From: an uncultured Chloroflexia bacterium
Lineage (GTDB): Bacteria; Chloroflexota; Limnocylindria; Limnocylindrales; CSP1-4
Direction of reading: 5' to 3'
DNA: 64,000 nt
NCBI GenBank assembly: GCA_963788375.1
Contig: CAWBGT010000016.1
Location: 94,078 to 158,077, forward strand
Part shown: positions 1 to 12,649 of the stretch, one piece after another
Numbering within the stretch: position 1 is the first letter of the stretch
Layout: every line of letters begins with the position of its first letter
The notes under the pieces: generated by a model
What the model was told of the DNA's origin: nothing
What the model saw: the letters and a program-made list of their open reading frames with translations, nothing else
Databases searched by the model: none
Position numbers and translations under genes: made by a program

Positions 1-438
1 GCGGCGACCGATGACTTCCGGCGCGACCAGGCAAGGACCGTCGAGAACGCCCGCGTCCTCGCCGAGACGGTCGCCGGAGCCGGAGCCCGGCTGGTCAGCG
101 GCGGCACGGACAACCACCTCGCGCTGGTCGAGGTGACGCCGCTGGGGGTCACCGGCCGTGAGGCCGAGGCCCTGCTCGACGAGGTCGGCATCACGGTCAA
201 CAAGAACGCGATCCCGTTCGACAGGAACCCGCCCAACGTGGCCTCCGGCATCCGGATCGGGACACCAGCCACCACCACGCGCGGCATGGGCGTGAACGAG
301 ATGCGGCAGATCGGGGGCTGGGTGGTGGAGGCCCTGCGGGATCGTGACCGGCCCGGCGTCCATGAGCGGATCCGCGCCGGGATCGGCGACCTCGTCAGCC
401 GCTTCCCGGTCCCCGGCCTCCCGCGCGACCGGGACTAG
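1..438 (+). CDS. glyA: Serine hydroxymethyltransferase, C-terminal fragment (5' end lies outside the window)
   Basis: In-frame translation from base 1 (…GGTDNHLALVEVTPLGVTGREAEALLDEVGITVNKNAIPFD…) matches the conserved SHMT C-terminal region. Stop at 436-438. Confidence 0.85.
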   Translation, partial: AATDDFRRDQARTVENARVLAETVAGAGARLVSGGTDNHLALVEVTPLGVTGREAEALLDEVGITVNKNAIPFDRNPPNVASGIRIGTPATTTRGMGVNEMRQIGGWVVEALRDRDRPGVHERIRAGIGDLVSRFPVPGLPRDRD

Positions 439-452
439 GATCGGACACTGCC

Positions 453-1574
453 ATGCGGCTGATCCCGATGTTCGGCGAGATCCTGCCGTTCCTCCTCGCC
501 GCGTTCATCGCCGCCGCCCTCGTCTCGTTCGTCCTCACCCCGCTCGTCCGCCGGGTCGCCGTCCGGCTCGACAACATCGACCGGCCCGATCCCCGCCGGG
601 TCAACAAGGCGCCCATCCCCCGTGGCGGTGGGGTCGCCGTCGCGATCTCGTTCCTCGTGGTCGTGCTGGGCGGCATCGCGATCAACAGCCAGACGGGCGA
701 CGTCCCGCCGCCAAGGGTCCTCAACGAGTACGAGCTGGCGGCGCTGCTCGCCGGCGGGGCGGTGGCCACGGTGCTCGGCGTGCTGGACGACACCTTCCAG
801 CTGCGCGCGAGGTGGCAGCTCCTGGGACAGCTCCTCCTGGCCCTGATCGCCGTCGGCGCGGGCATCCTGGTGACCTACATCAACAACCCGTTCGGACCCG
901 GGGCGATCATCCTCACCGGCCCGTACGCGATCGGCTTCACGGTGCTGTGGATCGTGGGGATGATCAACAGCATCAACTTCATCGACGGTCTCGACGGCCT
1001 CTCGACCGGCATCTCGCTGATCGCCGCCGCCACGCTGGGACTGATCTCGCTGACCACGGCCGTCGCGCAGCCGTTCATCGGGATCCTGTGCTTCGCCCTG
1101 GCCGGCTCGCTGCTCGGATTCCTGCGCTGGAACTTCCACCCGGCCACGATCTTCATCGGCACCAGCGGCGTGATGTTCGTGGGCTTCACCCTCGCAGTGC
1201 TGTCGATCCTGGGCACGGCCAAGGTTGCCGTGGCGCTGCTGGTCCTGGGGGTGCCGATCATCGACACCTTCTGGATCCTGGTCCGCCGCCTTGCCACCGG
1301 GCACTCGCCGTTCACCCCCGACCGCGGCCACATCCACCACCGGCTCCTGGACCTGGGGCTGTCGCACAGCCAGACCGTCCTGGTCATCTACGGGCTGTGC
1401 GTCGCCCTGGCCGTGATGTCGCTGCTCCTGTCCGGTAGCGGGCAGCTCTACGCGTTCCTGGGCCTGGCCGTGGTCTTCGGCCTCGTGCTGTTCCTGGTCA
1501 CCCGCGGCGAGGCGAGCGACGCCCTCGAGGCCGAGACATACGACGAGGACGGATCGACCACGCCGGCGCCCTGA
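453..1574 (+). CDS. wecA: Polyprenol-phosphate GlcNAc-1-phosphate transferase (WecA/Rfe/TagO-like, MraY/GT4 family)
   Basis: 373 aa polytopic membrane protein with MraY/WecA-type motifs (NxxNxxDGxDGL-like segment 'NFIDGLDGLSTG', 'HIHHRL'). The position between glyA and the atp operon mirrors the actinobacterial rfe-atp synteny. Confidence 0.75.
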   Translation: MRLIPMFGEILPFLLAAFIAAALVSFVLTPLVRRVAVRLDNIDRPDPRRVNKAPIPRGGGVAVAISFLVVVLGGIAINSQTGDVPPPRVLNEYELAALLAGGAVATVLGVLDDTFQLRARWQLLGQLLLALIAVGAGILVTYINNPFGPGAIILTGPYAIGFTVLWIVGMINSINFIDGLDGLSTGISLIAAATLGLISLTTAVAQPFIGILCFALAGSLLGFLRWNFHPATIFIGTSGVMFVGFTLAVLSILGTAKVAVALLVLGVPIIDTFWILVRRLATGHSPFTPDRGHIHHRLLDLGLSHSQTVLVIYGLCVALAVMSLLLSGSGQLYAFLGLAVVFGLVLFLVTRGEASDALEAETYDEDGSTTPAP

Positions 1575-1666
1575 CCAGAGGCCGACCGGACAGGCACCGG
1601 GGACGCTGGCCGTCCGGTGCTAGCATCGGGCCCGCCGGCTCGCGTCCGCCGGCGGGTTGAGGGGTC

Positions 1667-2750
1667 ATGTCGCCGATCCAGACCGTCATCGTCATCGTCA
1701 TCGCCGTGCTGCTGGTGGTCGTGATGGCCGCCACGCTGGCCCGCAAGCGCAGGCAGCGCCACAAGGCAGAGGCAGCAGCGGCCGCGGCTGCAGCACTCCC
1801 GATGCTGACCGAGGAGGACATCTCCTACCGGATCGGCCTGGCCGAGCGACCGCCGCGCGAGGTCGCGGCAGACGACGAGTCTACGAAGGCGGCGGCAGCG
1901 TTCGCCGCGGCCGCCGCCGCGACGGCCGCCGCGACCTCAACCGGCCCGACACCGAGGCCGGGGATGATCAGGGATCTGCCGCCCGCTCCACCAGCCGCCC
2001 CACCGCCCGCCCCACCGGCCGCTCCGCCCGCTGCGACGACTCCGGTCGCCGCCGGCCCGGTCAGGGCCGCCTCCACGGCGGCGGTCGTCGCGAACCCGCC
2101 GCCCATCTCAAAGCGGTACCGGCTGTGGCGCGACTCCGCGGCCGTGCTCCTCGTGGCGTGCGTGGTGGTCCTTGCTGCCACCACGTTCCTGCCTGCCTTC
2201 TCGTCCACCCCCGCCCCGACCGAGGGCCCGTCGGTGGTCGCGCTGCTCGGGACGCCATCGCCGCGTCCCACGCCCACCATCTCGGCCACGGCCTCGCCCA
2301 GCCCGTCACCTTCACCCTCGCCCGGCCCGTCGCCCAGCCCGACTCCAACCGCGTCGCCCACCCCGACCCCGTCGCCGACGCCCACGCCCAAGCCGACCCC
2401 GAAGCCCACCAGGAAGCCCACCCCCAGGCCCACGCCCAAGCCCACGCCCGAAGCCGACCCCGAAACCTACGCCCAAGCCCACGCCCAAGCCGACTCCCAA
2501 GCCGGCGGTGGCCAGGATCACGGTCAGCTGCAGCGCCGGCTCGTCCACGGCGACCTGGAGCGGCGCGACCTCCCTGCGCGAGGTCGCGTACCGGTGGGAC
2601 ATCGACGGCACGATCTACAACAAGACGACGCCCACTCTGAAGAAGACCTATGCGCTCGACGGCCAGCACACGGCGATCCTGTGGGTCAGGAACTCGGCGG
2701 GCAAGTGGTCCGACCCCACGTTCAAGAACGTCACGACGCCCTGCAGCTAG
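1667..2750 (+). CDS. Membrane-anchored Pro/Thr-rich repeat protein with a C-terminal beta-sandwich-like domain (apparent frameshift near 2450)
   Basis: N-terminal TM helix, Ala-rich and PT/KPTP linker. The frame from 1667 carries the N-terminus and linker; the frame from 2172 carries further KPTP repeats and a globular C-terminus (…[19 protein letters not shown]…VTTPCS, stop at 2750). A single extra g after 'acgccc' at about 2450 interrupts an otherwise perfect aagcccacgccc repeat. Confidence 0.55.
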
Positions 2751-2831
2751 CGTCGGGACCGATTCCAGATCGCTCCGTTTCGGACCCCCTGTGCCCTCTG
2801 GTATAGTCTCCCGCGCGGTGAAGGGTCGCCC

Positions 2832-3047
2832 ATGAACACCGGTTCCGGAGCGTTTTTCGCGCTGTTCTCCGAGATCGGCGTGCTCCTCCTGGTCACGACC
2901 CTTCTCGGAGTGGCGGCGGGCTACTGGGCAGACCAGCGGCTCGGGACCCTGCCGGTCTTCGTCCTCGTCGGCTTCCTGGCCGGCGCCGGGATCGGGGCAG
3001 TGGGGATCTACCGACTCATCACACGGTTCCTGAAGCGGCTCGACTAG
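2832..3047 (+). CDS. AtpZ/AtpI-like small membrane protein of the F-ATPase operon
   Basis: 71 aa, two TM helices, directly upstream of atpB, RBS-like 'gaaggg' before the ATG. Resembles the AtpZ family (putative F0F1-ATPase subunit). Confidence 0.6.
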   Translation: MNTGSGAFFALFSEIGVLLLVTTLLGVAAGYWADQRLGTLPVFVLVGFLAGAGIGAVGIYRLITRFLKRLD

Positions 3048-3114
3048 ACCGGCCACGGAACGGGCTCGAAGAAACGCGGACCACGGTCCGCGCGACCGAC
3101 TGCTTGGAGGAAAC

Positions 3115-4116
3115 GTGAGCGACACGCCGGCGGAGCGATCCCGGGGCCTGTCCCAGCGCAACTACATCCTGTTGCTGCTCGTGCTCGTCTTCGTGATCGA
3201 TGCGCTTGCGATGATGTTCGCGCCGCCCTACGACCCCCACGGCGAGGCCGGTGGCGAGTGCGCGTTCCCGGTGTGCTACATCAACGGCAACCTCGAGCTG
3301 CCGGCACCCCACGTCGTGTGGCCCGAGGACTACTCCGCGAGCGGGCTGATCGTGTTCGAGCCGAGCATCACCTCCACGATCATCACGATGTGGGGCGTCA
3401 CGGTCCTCACCATCGTCACGCTGCTGCTGATGTCCCGGGGACGGGCGATGGTGCCCGGCAAGGCCCAGAACGCCATGGAGCACGTGTGGGAGCTGCTCGA
3501 GGGCTTCGCGACCTCGCTCGGCGGTCCGCTGGCCAAGCCCTACATCCCCCTGTTCGCAGGGTTCTTCATCTTCATCCTGTTCTGCAACTGGAGCGGCCTG
3601 CTGCCGTTCATCGGCAAGGTCGAGTTCCTGCGGGCGCCAACCAGCGACGTCAACATCACCATCGGCCTGGCCCTGGTCGCGTTCGTGTTCTTCGAGTACC
3701 AGGGCTTCCGGGCGCTGGGCGTCGGCGGCTACCTCTCCAAGTTCTTCCCGTTCGGGGAGTTCAGGAAGGGCGTCGGCGCCGGAATCATCGCCGTCTTCGT
3801 GGGCCTGATCGAGCTCCTGCTGGAGTTCGTCAAGCCCGTCACGCTGTCGATGCGACTCTTCGGCAACATCTACGGCGGCGAGGTCGCCCTCGCCGTGCTC
3901 ACCGCCCTGACCATCGCGATCATCCCCATGGCGATGATCGCGCTCGAGCTCATGCTCAACCTCGTGCAGGCACTCATCTTCGCGACGCTGACCCTCATGT
4001 TCACCCTGGCCGCCATGGAGCACCATGGCGACGAGGAGCACCATGAGAGTGAGCCGCATCCGACAGAGCCCGTGGCCTGGCCGCTTGACCCGGACCAGGT
4101 CGTCCAGGGCATCTGA
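3115..4116 (+). CDS. atpB: ATP synthase F0 subunit a
   Basis: Polytopic protein with the conserved 'MRLFGNIYGGE' arginine motif. GTG start at 3115 preceded by ggagg. Confidence 0.9.
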   Translation: MSDTPAERSRGLSQRNYILLLLVLVFVIDALAMMFAPPYDPHGEAGGECAFPVCYINGNLELPAPHVVWPEDYSASGLIVFEPSITSTIITMWGVTVLTIVTLLLMSRGRAMVPGKAQNAMEHVWELLEGFATSLGGPLAKPYIPLFAGFFIFILFCNWSGLLPFIGKVEFLRAPTSDVNITIGLALVAFVFFEYQGFRALGVGGYLSKFFPFGEFRKGVGAGIIAVFVGLIELLLEFVKPVTLSMRLFGNIYGGEVALAVLTALTIAIIPMAMIALELMLNLVQALIFATLTLMFTLAAMEHHGDEEHHESEPHPTEPVAWPLDPDQVVQGI

Positions 4117-4172
4117 CCAGGCAAGGGACCAAGACCCGGCCGACCACCGGGACAACGGAGGGAACTCGGAAC

Positions 4173-4385
4173 ATGGAGCACCTCGGCGCAGGCCTCGCGG
4201 CCCTCGGCGTGATCGGCCCCGGCATCGGCATCGGCATCCTCGCCGGCATGTCTGCCAGCGCGATCGGCCGCAACCCCGATGCCGCCGGCCAGATCCGCGG
4301 CCTGGCGATCATCCTCGCAGCGTTCGCCGAAGGCCTCGGCGTGCTGGCGGTGGTCGTCGGCCTGCTCGCCATCTTCATCAAGTAG
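4173..4385 (+). CDS. atpE: ATP synthase F0 subunit c
   Basis: 70 aa hairpin proteolipid with a Gly-rich helix 1 ('GIGIGILAGMSASAIGRNP') and the conserved carboxylate (E) in helix 2 ('AAFAEGLGVLAV'). Confidence 0.92.
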   Translation: MEHLGAGLAALGVIGPGIGIGILAGMSASAIGRNPDAAGQIRGLAIILAAFAEGLGVLAVVVGLLAIFIK

Positions 4386-4406
4386 CGACGGCACGAGACG
4401 ACGCCC

Positions 4407-4973
4407 GTGGACATCCTCGCACTCGTCGGTGAGGTCACCCGCCAGGTGGCCCTGCCGGCAGCGGAGGAAGGCGGCACTGGCTTCCAGATCAACCTGTTCT
4501 GGGTGATCGTCAGCGCCGTCAACTTCATCGTCTTCTTCCTGATCGTCAAGTCGCTCGCCTTCAAGGGCCTGACCCAGACCCTCGATACCCGCCGTGCCCG
4601 CATCGAGCAGGGGCTCAAGGACGCAGAACAGGCCCGCAAGGATCGCGAGTCGGCAGAGCAGGAGCGCCTGGCCGCCGTCCAGGAGGCCCGCCGCGAGGCG
4701 AACGAGATCATCAACCGCGCCCAGAAGGTGGCGTCCGAGACGCGCGAGCAGGACATCGCGGCGACCCGCGATGAGCTGACCCGCATGAAGGAGCGTGCCG
4801 CCGCCGAGATCGACGCCGAGAAGCAGCGGGCCATCGCCGAGCTGCGGGGCGAGGTTACCGACCTTGCCCTCGCCGCCGCCGGGCGCGTGGTCGGCGACTC
4901 GATGACGTCCGACCGCCAGCGCAAGCTGGTCGCGGACTTCCTCGCCGAGCCCATCGGCGGTTCGAACAACTGA
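4407..4973 (+). CDS. atpF: ATP synthase F0 subunit b
   Basis: 188 aa with an N-terminal TM helix and a long charged coiled coil. Operon position. Confidence 0.85.
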   Translation: MDILALVGEVTRQVALPAAEEGGTGFQINLFWVIVSAVNFIVFFLIVKSLAFKGLTQTLDTRRARIEQGLKDAEQARKDRESAEQERLAAVQEARREANEIINRAQKVASETREQDIAATRDELTRMKERAAAEIDAEKQRAIAELRGEVTDLALAAAGRVVGDSMTSDRQRKLVADFLAEPIGGSNN

Positions 4974-5524
4974 TGAGCCGACCCGTTGCCGCTGCGCGCC
5001 GCTACGCGGAGGCCGCCTTCCAGGTGGCCCTCGCGGAGGATCGTCTCGATGGCTGGCAGGCCGACCTCGCCACTGCGGTGGCGATGCTCGGGCGTGCCGA
5101 CGTCGAGCCGACGGTGCACAGCCCGGCGATCCCGCTCAAGGAGCGGGTCGAGATCGTGCGCCAGCTGCTGGAGCCCCGGATCGCCCGCGGGCCACTGCGC
5201 CTGGTCACCCTCGTCGTCGAGCGCGGCAAGGTCCACGCCCTGCCACGCATCAGTGAGGAGTACACCCGCCTGCTCAACGCCCACCGGGGCGTCGTCAGCG
5301 CGACGGTCACCAGCGCCGTGCCGCTCACCGAACAGGAGACCGCCGCGATCCGCAGCCGGGTCGAGGCGATGGCCGGATCACGGATCGACCTCCGGACAGA
5401 GGTCGACCCCGACCTCATCGGGGGCCTGACCATCCAGGTCCGCGACCGGCTCCTCGACGCATCCATTCGCGGCCGCCTCGAGCGGTTGCGCGACCAGCTG
5501 TACGCGGGGGGACGCCTCCGCTAG
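4973..5524 (+). CDS. atpH: ATP synthase F1 subunit delta (OSCP)
   Basis: 183 aa. Its start overlaps the atpF stop (ATGA). Position and size match the delta subunit. Confidence 0.8.
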   Translation: MSRPVAAARRYAEAAFQVALAEDRLDGWQADLATAVAMLGRADVEPTVHSPAIPLKERVEIVRQLLEPRIARGPLRLVTLVVERGKVHALPRISEEYTRLLNAHRGVVSATVTSAVPLTEQETAAIRSRVEAMAGSRIDLRTEVDPDLIGGLTIQVRDRLLDASIRGRLERLRDQLYAGGRLR

Positions 5525-5593
5525 TCCCCCGCCCGCGTTGCCGGACCGGTCCGGTGCGAACGGGAGCCTTGCGAACGCCCAGACGGAGACGCC

Positions 5594-7126
<1,533 letters not shown>

Positions 7127-7142
7127 GGCGGGGTAGGACGAC

Positions 7143-8003
7143 GTGCCCAGCCAGCGTGAGATTCGCCGCCGTATCGGGTCGGCGAAGAACATCAAGCAGA
7201 TCACCCGGGCGATGCAGTTCGTCGCGGCATCCAAGCTGCGCCGGGCCCAGGAGTCCACGCTGGCCGCACGTCCCTACCGCGAGAAGCTGGACGAGGTCAT
7301 CGCGGACCTCTCGGCCGTCCTCGACACCGACGACCACCCGCTCCTGGCCGGTCGCGACCTGCACGCCGAGCACAACCGGCTGATCGTCATCATGACCTCG
7401 GACAGGGGCCTCGCGGGGGCGCTCAACACCAACACGGTCCGCTTCGTCGCGCGCGAGATTACCGAGCATCCCGGTGACCTCAAGGTGGTGCCGGTGGGCC
7501 GCAAGGGTCGCGACGCCATGCGCCGTGCCCGGGTGCCGATCGCCGCCTACTTCGAGGGCTTCGGCGAGCGCCCCGCGTTTGCCGACGTCCTGCCGATCGC
7601 ACGGCTCGTCTCCGACGACTTCGTGGCCGGCGTCTACGACCGCGTGGACATCATCTACCCCCGCTTCGTGTCCACCCTCGTGCAGCGGCCGGTGCTCGAG
7701 CAGCTGCTCCCGATCATCCCCACCGAGGACACGTCGGGCATTCCCGGCAACCAGTTCCTGTTCGAGCCCAACCCGGGCGCGTTCCTCGACGCGCTGCTGC
7801 CGCGCTACGTGGCCACGCGCCTGTATGCATCCGTCCTCGAGATGACGGCGAGCTTCTTCTCCAGCCAGATGGTCGCGATGAAGAACGCCACCGAGAATGC
7901 CGAGGAGCTCATCGACGATCTCACCCTGTCCTACAACAAGGTCCGTCAGGCCAACATCACTCGCGAGATGGTCGAAATCGCGAGCGGCGCCCAGGCTCGC
8001 TAG
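7143..8003 (+). CDS. atpG: ATP synthase F1 subunit gamma
   Basis: 286 aa with the N-terminal 'IRRRIGSAKNIKQITRAMQFVAASKLRRAQ' gamma signature. Confidence 0.92.
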   Translation: MPSQREIRRRIGSAKNIKQITRAMQFVAASKLRRAQESTLAARPYREKLDEVIADLSAVLDTDDHPLLAGRDLHAEHNRLIVIMTSDRGLAGALNTNTVRFVAREITEHPGDLKVVPVGRKGRDAMRRARVPIAAYFEGFGERPAFADVLPIARLVSDDFVAGVYDRVDIIYPRFVSTLVQRPVLEQLLPIIPTEDTSGIPGNQFLFEPNPGAFLDALLPRYVATRLYASVLEMTASFFSSQMVAMKNATENAEELIDDLTLSYNKVRQANITREMVEIASGAQAR

Positions 8004-9446
<1,443 letters not shown>

Positions 9447-9737
9447 GCATGAAGCCTGTGCCCGCTCCCGCCGTCCGGCGCTCGCGCGCTTCCAGTCACC
9501 TGCGGGCGACTGAGACCGCGCTCGCTCCGACCGGCTGCGCGGGCGCCGATCATTCTCCTCGTCCCACCGAGAGCCGCGTTCCCCGGCCGCTCGTGCTCGG
9601 GATGAAGTGGGGTGGGGCGTGATCCGTCATGAAGCCGGCCGCGCAGGGGGCGCGATGGAGGGCGGTCTCAGTCCCGCAGGACTGGAATCGCCCCGACAGC
9701 GCGACCCCGAGAGCGGCCGCTACCGGGGAGTGAACCG

Positions 9738-10166
9738 ATGACGCTCCACCTCGAGATCGTCACGCCCGAGCGGCTGGCGTACTCGGACGAGGTCGACATG
9801 GTGCTCGTCCCGGGCATCGGTGGCGAGCTGGGCATCCTGCCCAACCACACGCCGCTGGTCAGCCTCCTTGGGATGGGCGAGCTCAAGATCCGCAAGGGTG
9901 GCGACGAAGAGACCTTCGCCATCGTCGGCGGCTTCCTCCAGGTCCGCCCTGACAAGGTCGTCGTGATGGCCGAGACGGCCGACATGGCCACCGAGATCGA
10001 TCTCGAGAAGGCGCAGGAGGCCCGCCGCGAGGCGGAGCGTGCGCTGGAGTCCGGGTACCACGAGGGCGCCGACCTGGCCACCGCCAGGGCCCAGCTCCAG
10101 CAGGCCCTGCTCCGGGTCCGCGTCGCCGAGCGCCGCAGGCGGGAGGGCCCGCGCTCGCGCGGCTGA
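9738..10166 (+). CDS. atpC: ATP synthase F1 subunit epsilon
   Basis: 142 aa with an N-terminal beta-sandwich and C-terminal helices ('LEIVTPERLAYSDEVDMVLVPGIGGELGILPNHTPL'). RBS ggggag present. Separated from atpD by about 290 bp. Confidence 0.9.
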   Translation: MTLHLEIVTPERLAYSDEVDMVLVPGIGGELGILPNHTPLVSLLGMGELKIRKGGDEETFAIVGGFLQVRPDKVVVMAETADMATEIDLEKAQEARREAERALESGYHEGADLATARAQLQQALLRVRVAERRRREGPRSRG

Positions 10167-10186
10167 CATGGCTGACGCGCAGACCG

Positions 10187-11518
10187 ATGGCTGACGCCAG
10201 GCCCTTCCACTGGGAGTACCACCCGGAGGCGCCGCCCCCGGAGGCCTTCCGGATCGAGGGCGGACATCCACTGCGGGGAACCGTCCACGTCTCGGGGGCC
10301 AAGAACGCCGCCCTCAAGCTGCTCGCTGCCGCCGTCCTGACGGGCGAGCGGTGCCGCCTGGAGAACGTCCCGGAGATCGAGGACGTCCGCGTCATGACGG
10401 AGGTCCTGGTTGACCTGGGCGTGGTGGTGGACCACCCGGCGCCGGGCGTCTACGAGATCGCCGCAGGCGACGTGGACTGGCAGTTCATCCCGCTCGAGGC
10501 CGCCGCCAAGATGCGCGCCTCGTTCATCCTGCTGGGTCCCCTCCTGGCCCGGTTCGGGCGGGTCATCATCAGCAACCCGGGCGGGGACCGGATCGGCCGC
10601 CGGCCCGTCAACCTGCACGTGGACGCCATGCGTGCCCTGGGCGCGGAGATCGACTACCGCAACGGCTACTACTACGCCCAGGCGCCCGGCCGCCTCCGGG
10701 GCGGTGAGGTGACATTCCCCCAGGTGACCGTGATGGGCACGGAGAACGCGATGCTCGCGGCCACGCTCGCTGACGGGCACACGATCATCCGCCCGGCGGC
10801 CCAGGAGCCCGAGGTGGATGACCTGATCGTCTTCCTGGGCCAGATGGGGGCGGACGTCGAGCGGACAGCGCCGGACACCATCGAGGTCCACGGCCGCCGC
10901 CGCCTGCGCGGGGCCACCCACGCGGTGCTCCCGGACCGCATCGAGACGGGAACCTTCATCGTGGCCGCCGCCGTCACCGGCGGCAGGATCACCCTCGAGA
11001 ATGCCGCCTGCAGCCACGTCGGCGGCCTGATCGAGGTCCTGGGCCGGGTGGGCGTGCCGGTTGCCTGCGGCGAGACCTCCATCGCCATCGACGCGACCGG
11101 CGTCCGCCCCGGTGACCTGCGGGCCTGTGACATCGAGACCGCGCCCTATCCGGGCCTGGCCACCGACATCCAGCCGCCGACCTGCGTGCTCCTGACCCAG
11201 GCCAGCGGCACGTCGCGCGTCCACGAGGCGGTCTTCGAGGACCGCATCGAGTGGCTCGCCGAGCTCCGCAAGCTGGGTGCGCGGATCGACATCGAGGACG
11301 CCCACCACGCGTCGATCCATGGTCCGGCCAGGCTGCACGGGGCCGAGGCCTCGATCAGCGACCTGCGTGCCGGCGCGTCGCTGATCCTGGCGGCACTGGC
11401 GGCGGATGGCGCGTCCCTGATCCACGGCGCGCACCACGTCCACCGCGGGTATGAGAACATCGACCGCAAGTTCCAGCAGCTCGGGGCGAGCATCACCCGA
11501 ACGGCCGATCCGGCCTGA
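10187..11518 (+). CDS. murA: UDP-N-acetylglucosamine 1-carboxyvinyltransferase
   Basis: 443 aa, full-length MurA homology. The active-site loop reads 'NPGGDRIGRRPVNLH', with Asp at the position of E. coli Cys115. Confidence 0.9.
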   Translation: MADARPFHWEYHPEAPPPEAFRIEGGHPLRGTVHVSGAKNAALKLLAAAVLTGERCRLENVPEIEDVRVMTEVLVDLGVVVDHPAPGVYEIAAGDVDWQFIPLEAAAKMRASFILLGPLLARFGRVIISNPGGDRIGRRPVNLHVDAMRALGAEIDYRNGYYYAQAPGRLRGGEVTFPQVTVMGTENAMLAATLADGHTIIRPAAQEPEVDDLIVFLGQMGADVERTAPDTIEVHGRRRLRGATHAVLPDRIETGTFIVAAAVTGGRITLENAACSHVGGLIEVLGRVGVPVACGETSIAIDATGVRPGDLRACDIETAPYPGLATDIQPPTCVLLTQASGTSRVHEAVFEDRIEWLAELRKLGARIDIEDAHHASIHGPARLHGAEASISDLRAGASLILAALAADGASLIHGAHHVHRGYENIDRKFQQLGASITRTADPA

Positions 11519-11605
11519 CCTGCCCCATCGCCGACCCTCCAACGACCTTCCGCGCGGTGGCCCCGGGGGCCCGACCGCGCCTCACGGAGTAGCATTCCCG
11601 CCGTC

Positions 11606-12604
11606 ATGAAGATTGGTATCGACCTCGGAACCGCGAACGTCATCGTCTATGTCAAGGGCAAGGGCATCGTCATCACCGAGCCCTCCGTCGTCGCGGTCGG
11701 CGAGGACAACCGCATCGTTGCCGTGGGCGAGGAAGCCCGCGAGATGATCGGCCGCACGCCCGGCAACATCCAGGCCATCCGGCCGATGAAGGACGGCGTC
11801 ATCGCCGACTACGTCATCACGGAGGCCATGCTCCGCTTCTTCATCGGCAAGGCCACCAAGGGGCGCATCGGCTTCTCCCGGCCGGAGGTGATGATCAGCG
11901 TCCCGGCGGGCGTGACGTCGGTTGAGAAGCGCGCCGTGCGGGATGCGGCCCTCAAGGCCGGTGCCAAGGACGCGTTCCTGATCGAGGAGCCGCTGGCGGC
12001 GGCGATCGGCGCCAACGTCCCGATCAGCGGCCCGTCAGGAAACATGATCATCGACATCGGCGGCGGCACGTCCGAGATCGCGGTCATCTCGCTCGGCGGC
12101 ATCGTCGTGTTCAACAGCCTTCGCGTGGGCGGCAACAAGTTCGACGAGGCAATCACCTCCTACATCCGCAAGAAGTACAACCTGATGGTCGGCGAGCGGA
12201 CGGCGGAGGAGGTCAAGATCCAGATCGGCACCGCCCTGCCCCTCGAGCGCGAACTGACGATGGAGGTCCGCGGCCGCGACCTGATCGCGGGCCTGCCACG
12301 CACCATCCCGATCACTTCATCCGAGGTCATGGAGGCCATCGAGATCCCGCTCCAGCAGCTGGTGGCGGCGGTGCGCATGGTCCTCGAGCAGACGCCGCCG
12401 GAGCTGTCCTCGGACATCATCGACAAGGGGATGGTCATGTCGGGCGGCGGCTCGCTGCTGCGCAACATCGACAAGCTGCTGACCCAGGTCACCGGCGTCC
12501 CCTGCCACGTCGCCGAGAACTCGCTCAACTGCGTCGCCCTCGGCACGGGCCTGGCGCTCGAGCACTTCGACTTCTTCAAGAAGTCCCTGGTCTCGCAGAT
12601 CTAG
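11606..12604 (+). CDS. mreB: Rod shape-determining actin homologue MreB/Mbl
   Basis: 332 aa with '[22 protein letters not shown]…' and actin-fold phosphate-binding motifs. Size matches MreB. Confidence 0.9.
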   Translation: MKIGIDLGTANVIVYVKGKGIVITEPSVVAVGEDNRIVAVGEEAREMIGRTPGNIQAIRPMKDGVIADYVITEAMLRFFIGKATKGRIGFSRPEVMISVPAGVTSVEKRAVRDAALKAGAKDAFLIEEPLAAAIGANVPISGPSGNMIIDIGGGTSEIAVISLGGIVVFNSLRVGGNKFDEAITSYIRKKYNLMVGERTAEEVKIQIGTALPLERELTMEVRGRDLIAGLPRTIPITSSEVMEAIEIPLQQLVAAVRMVLEQTPPELSSDIIDKGMVMSGGGSLLRNIDKLLTQVTGVPCHVAENSLNCVALGTGLALEHFDFFKKSLVSQI

Positions 12605-12649
12605 GCGGTCGATTGCCTCCCGGCGGGTTGCGATCGTGAGCGCGGCGAC

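Noticed and set aside
1657-2640. Arg-rich 327-aa ORF in the third frame over the PT-repeat gene
   Set aside because: An artefact of reading a GC-rich repeat in the wrong frame (RRRPGQGR… composition).
9449-9622. ORF in the atpD-atpC spacer (MKPVPAPAVRRSRASSHLRATETALAPTG…)
   Set aside because: No RBS and low-complexity R/A/P composition. It is the tail of a long out-of-frame ORF running through atpD.
10168-10191. 8-codon mini-ORF (MADAQTDG) created by a duplicated 'atggctgacgc' between atpC and murA
   Set aside because: Too short and without support. Probably just a duplicated start-region motif, so only noted.
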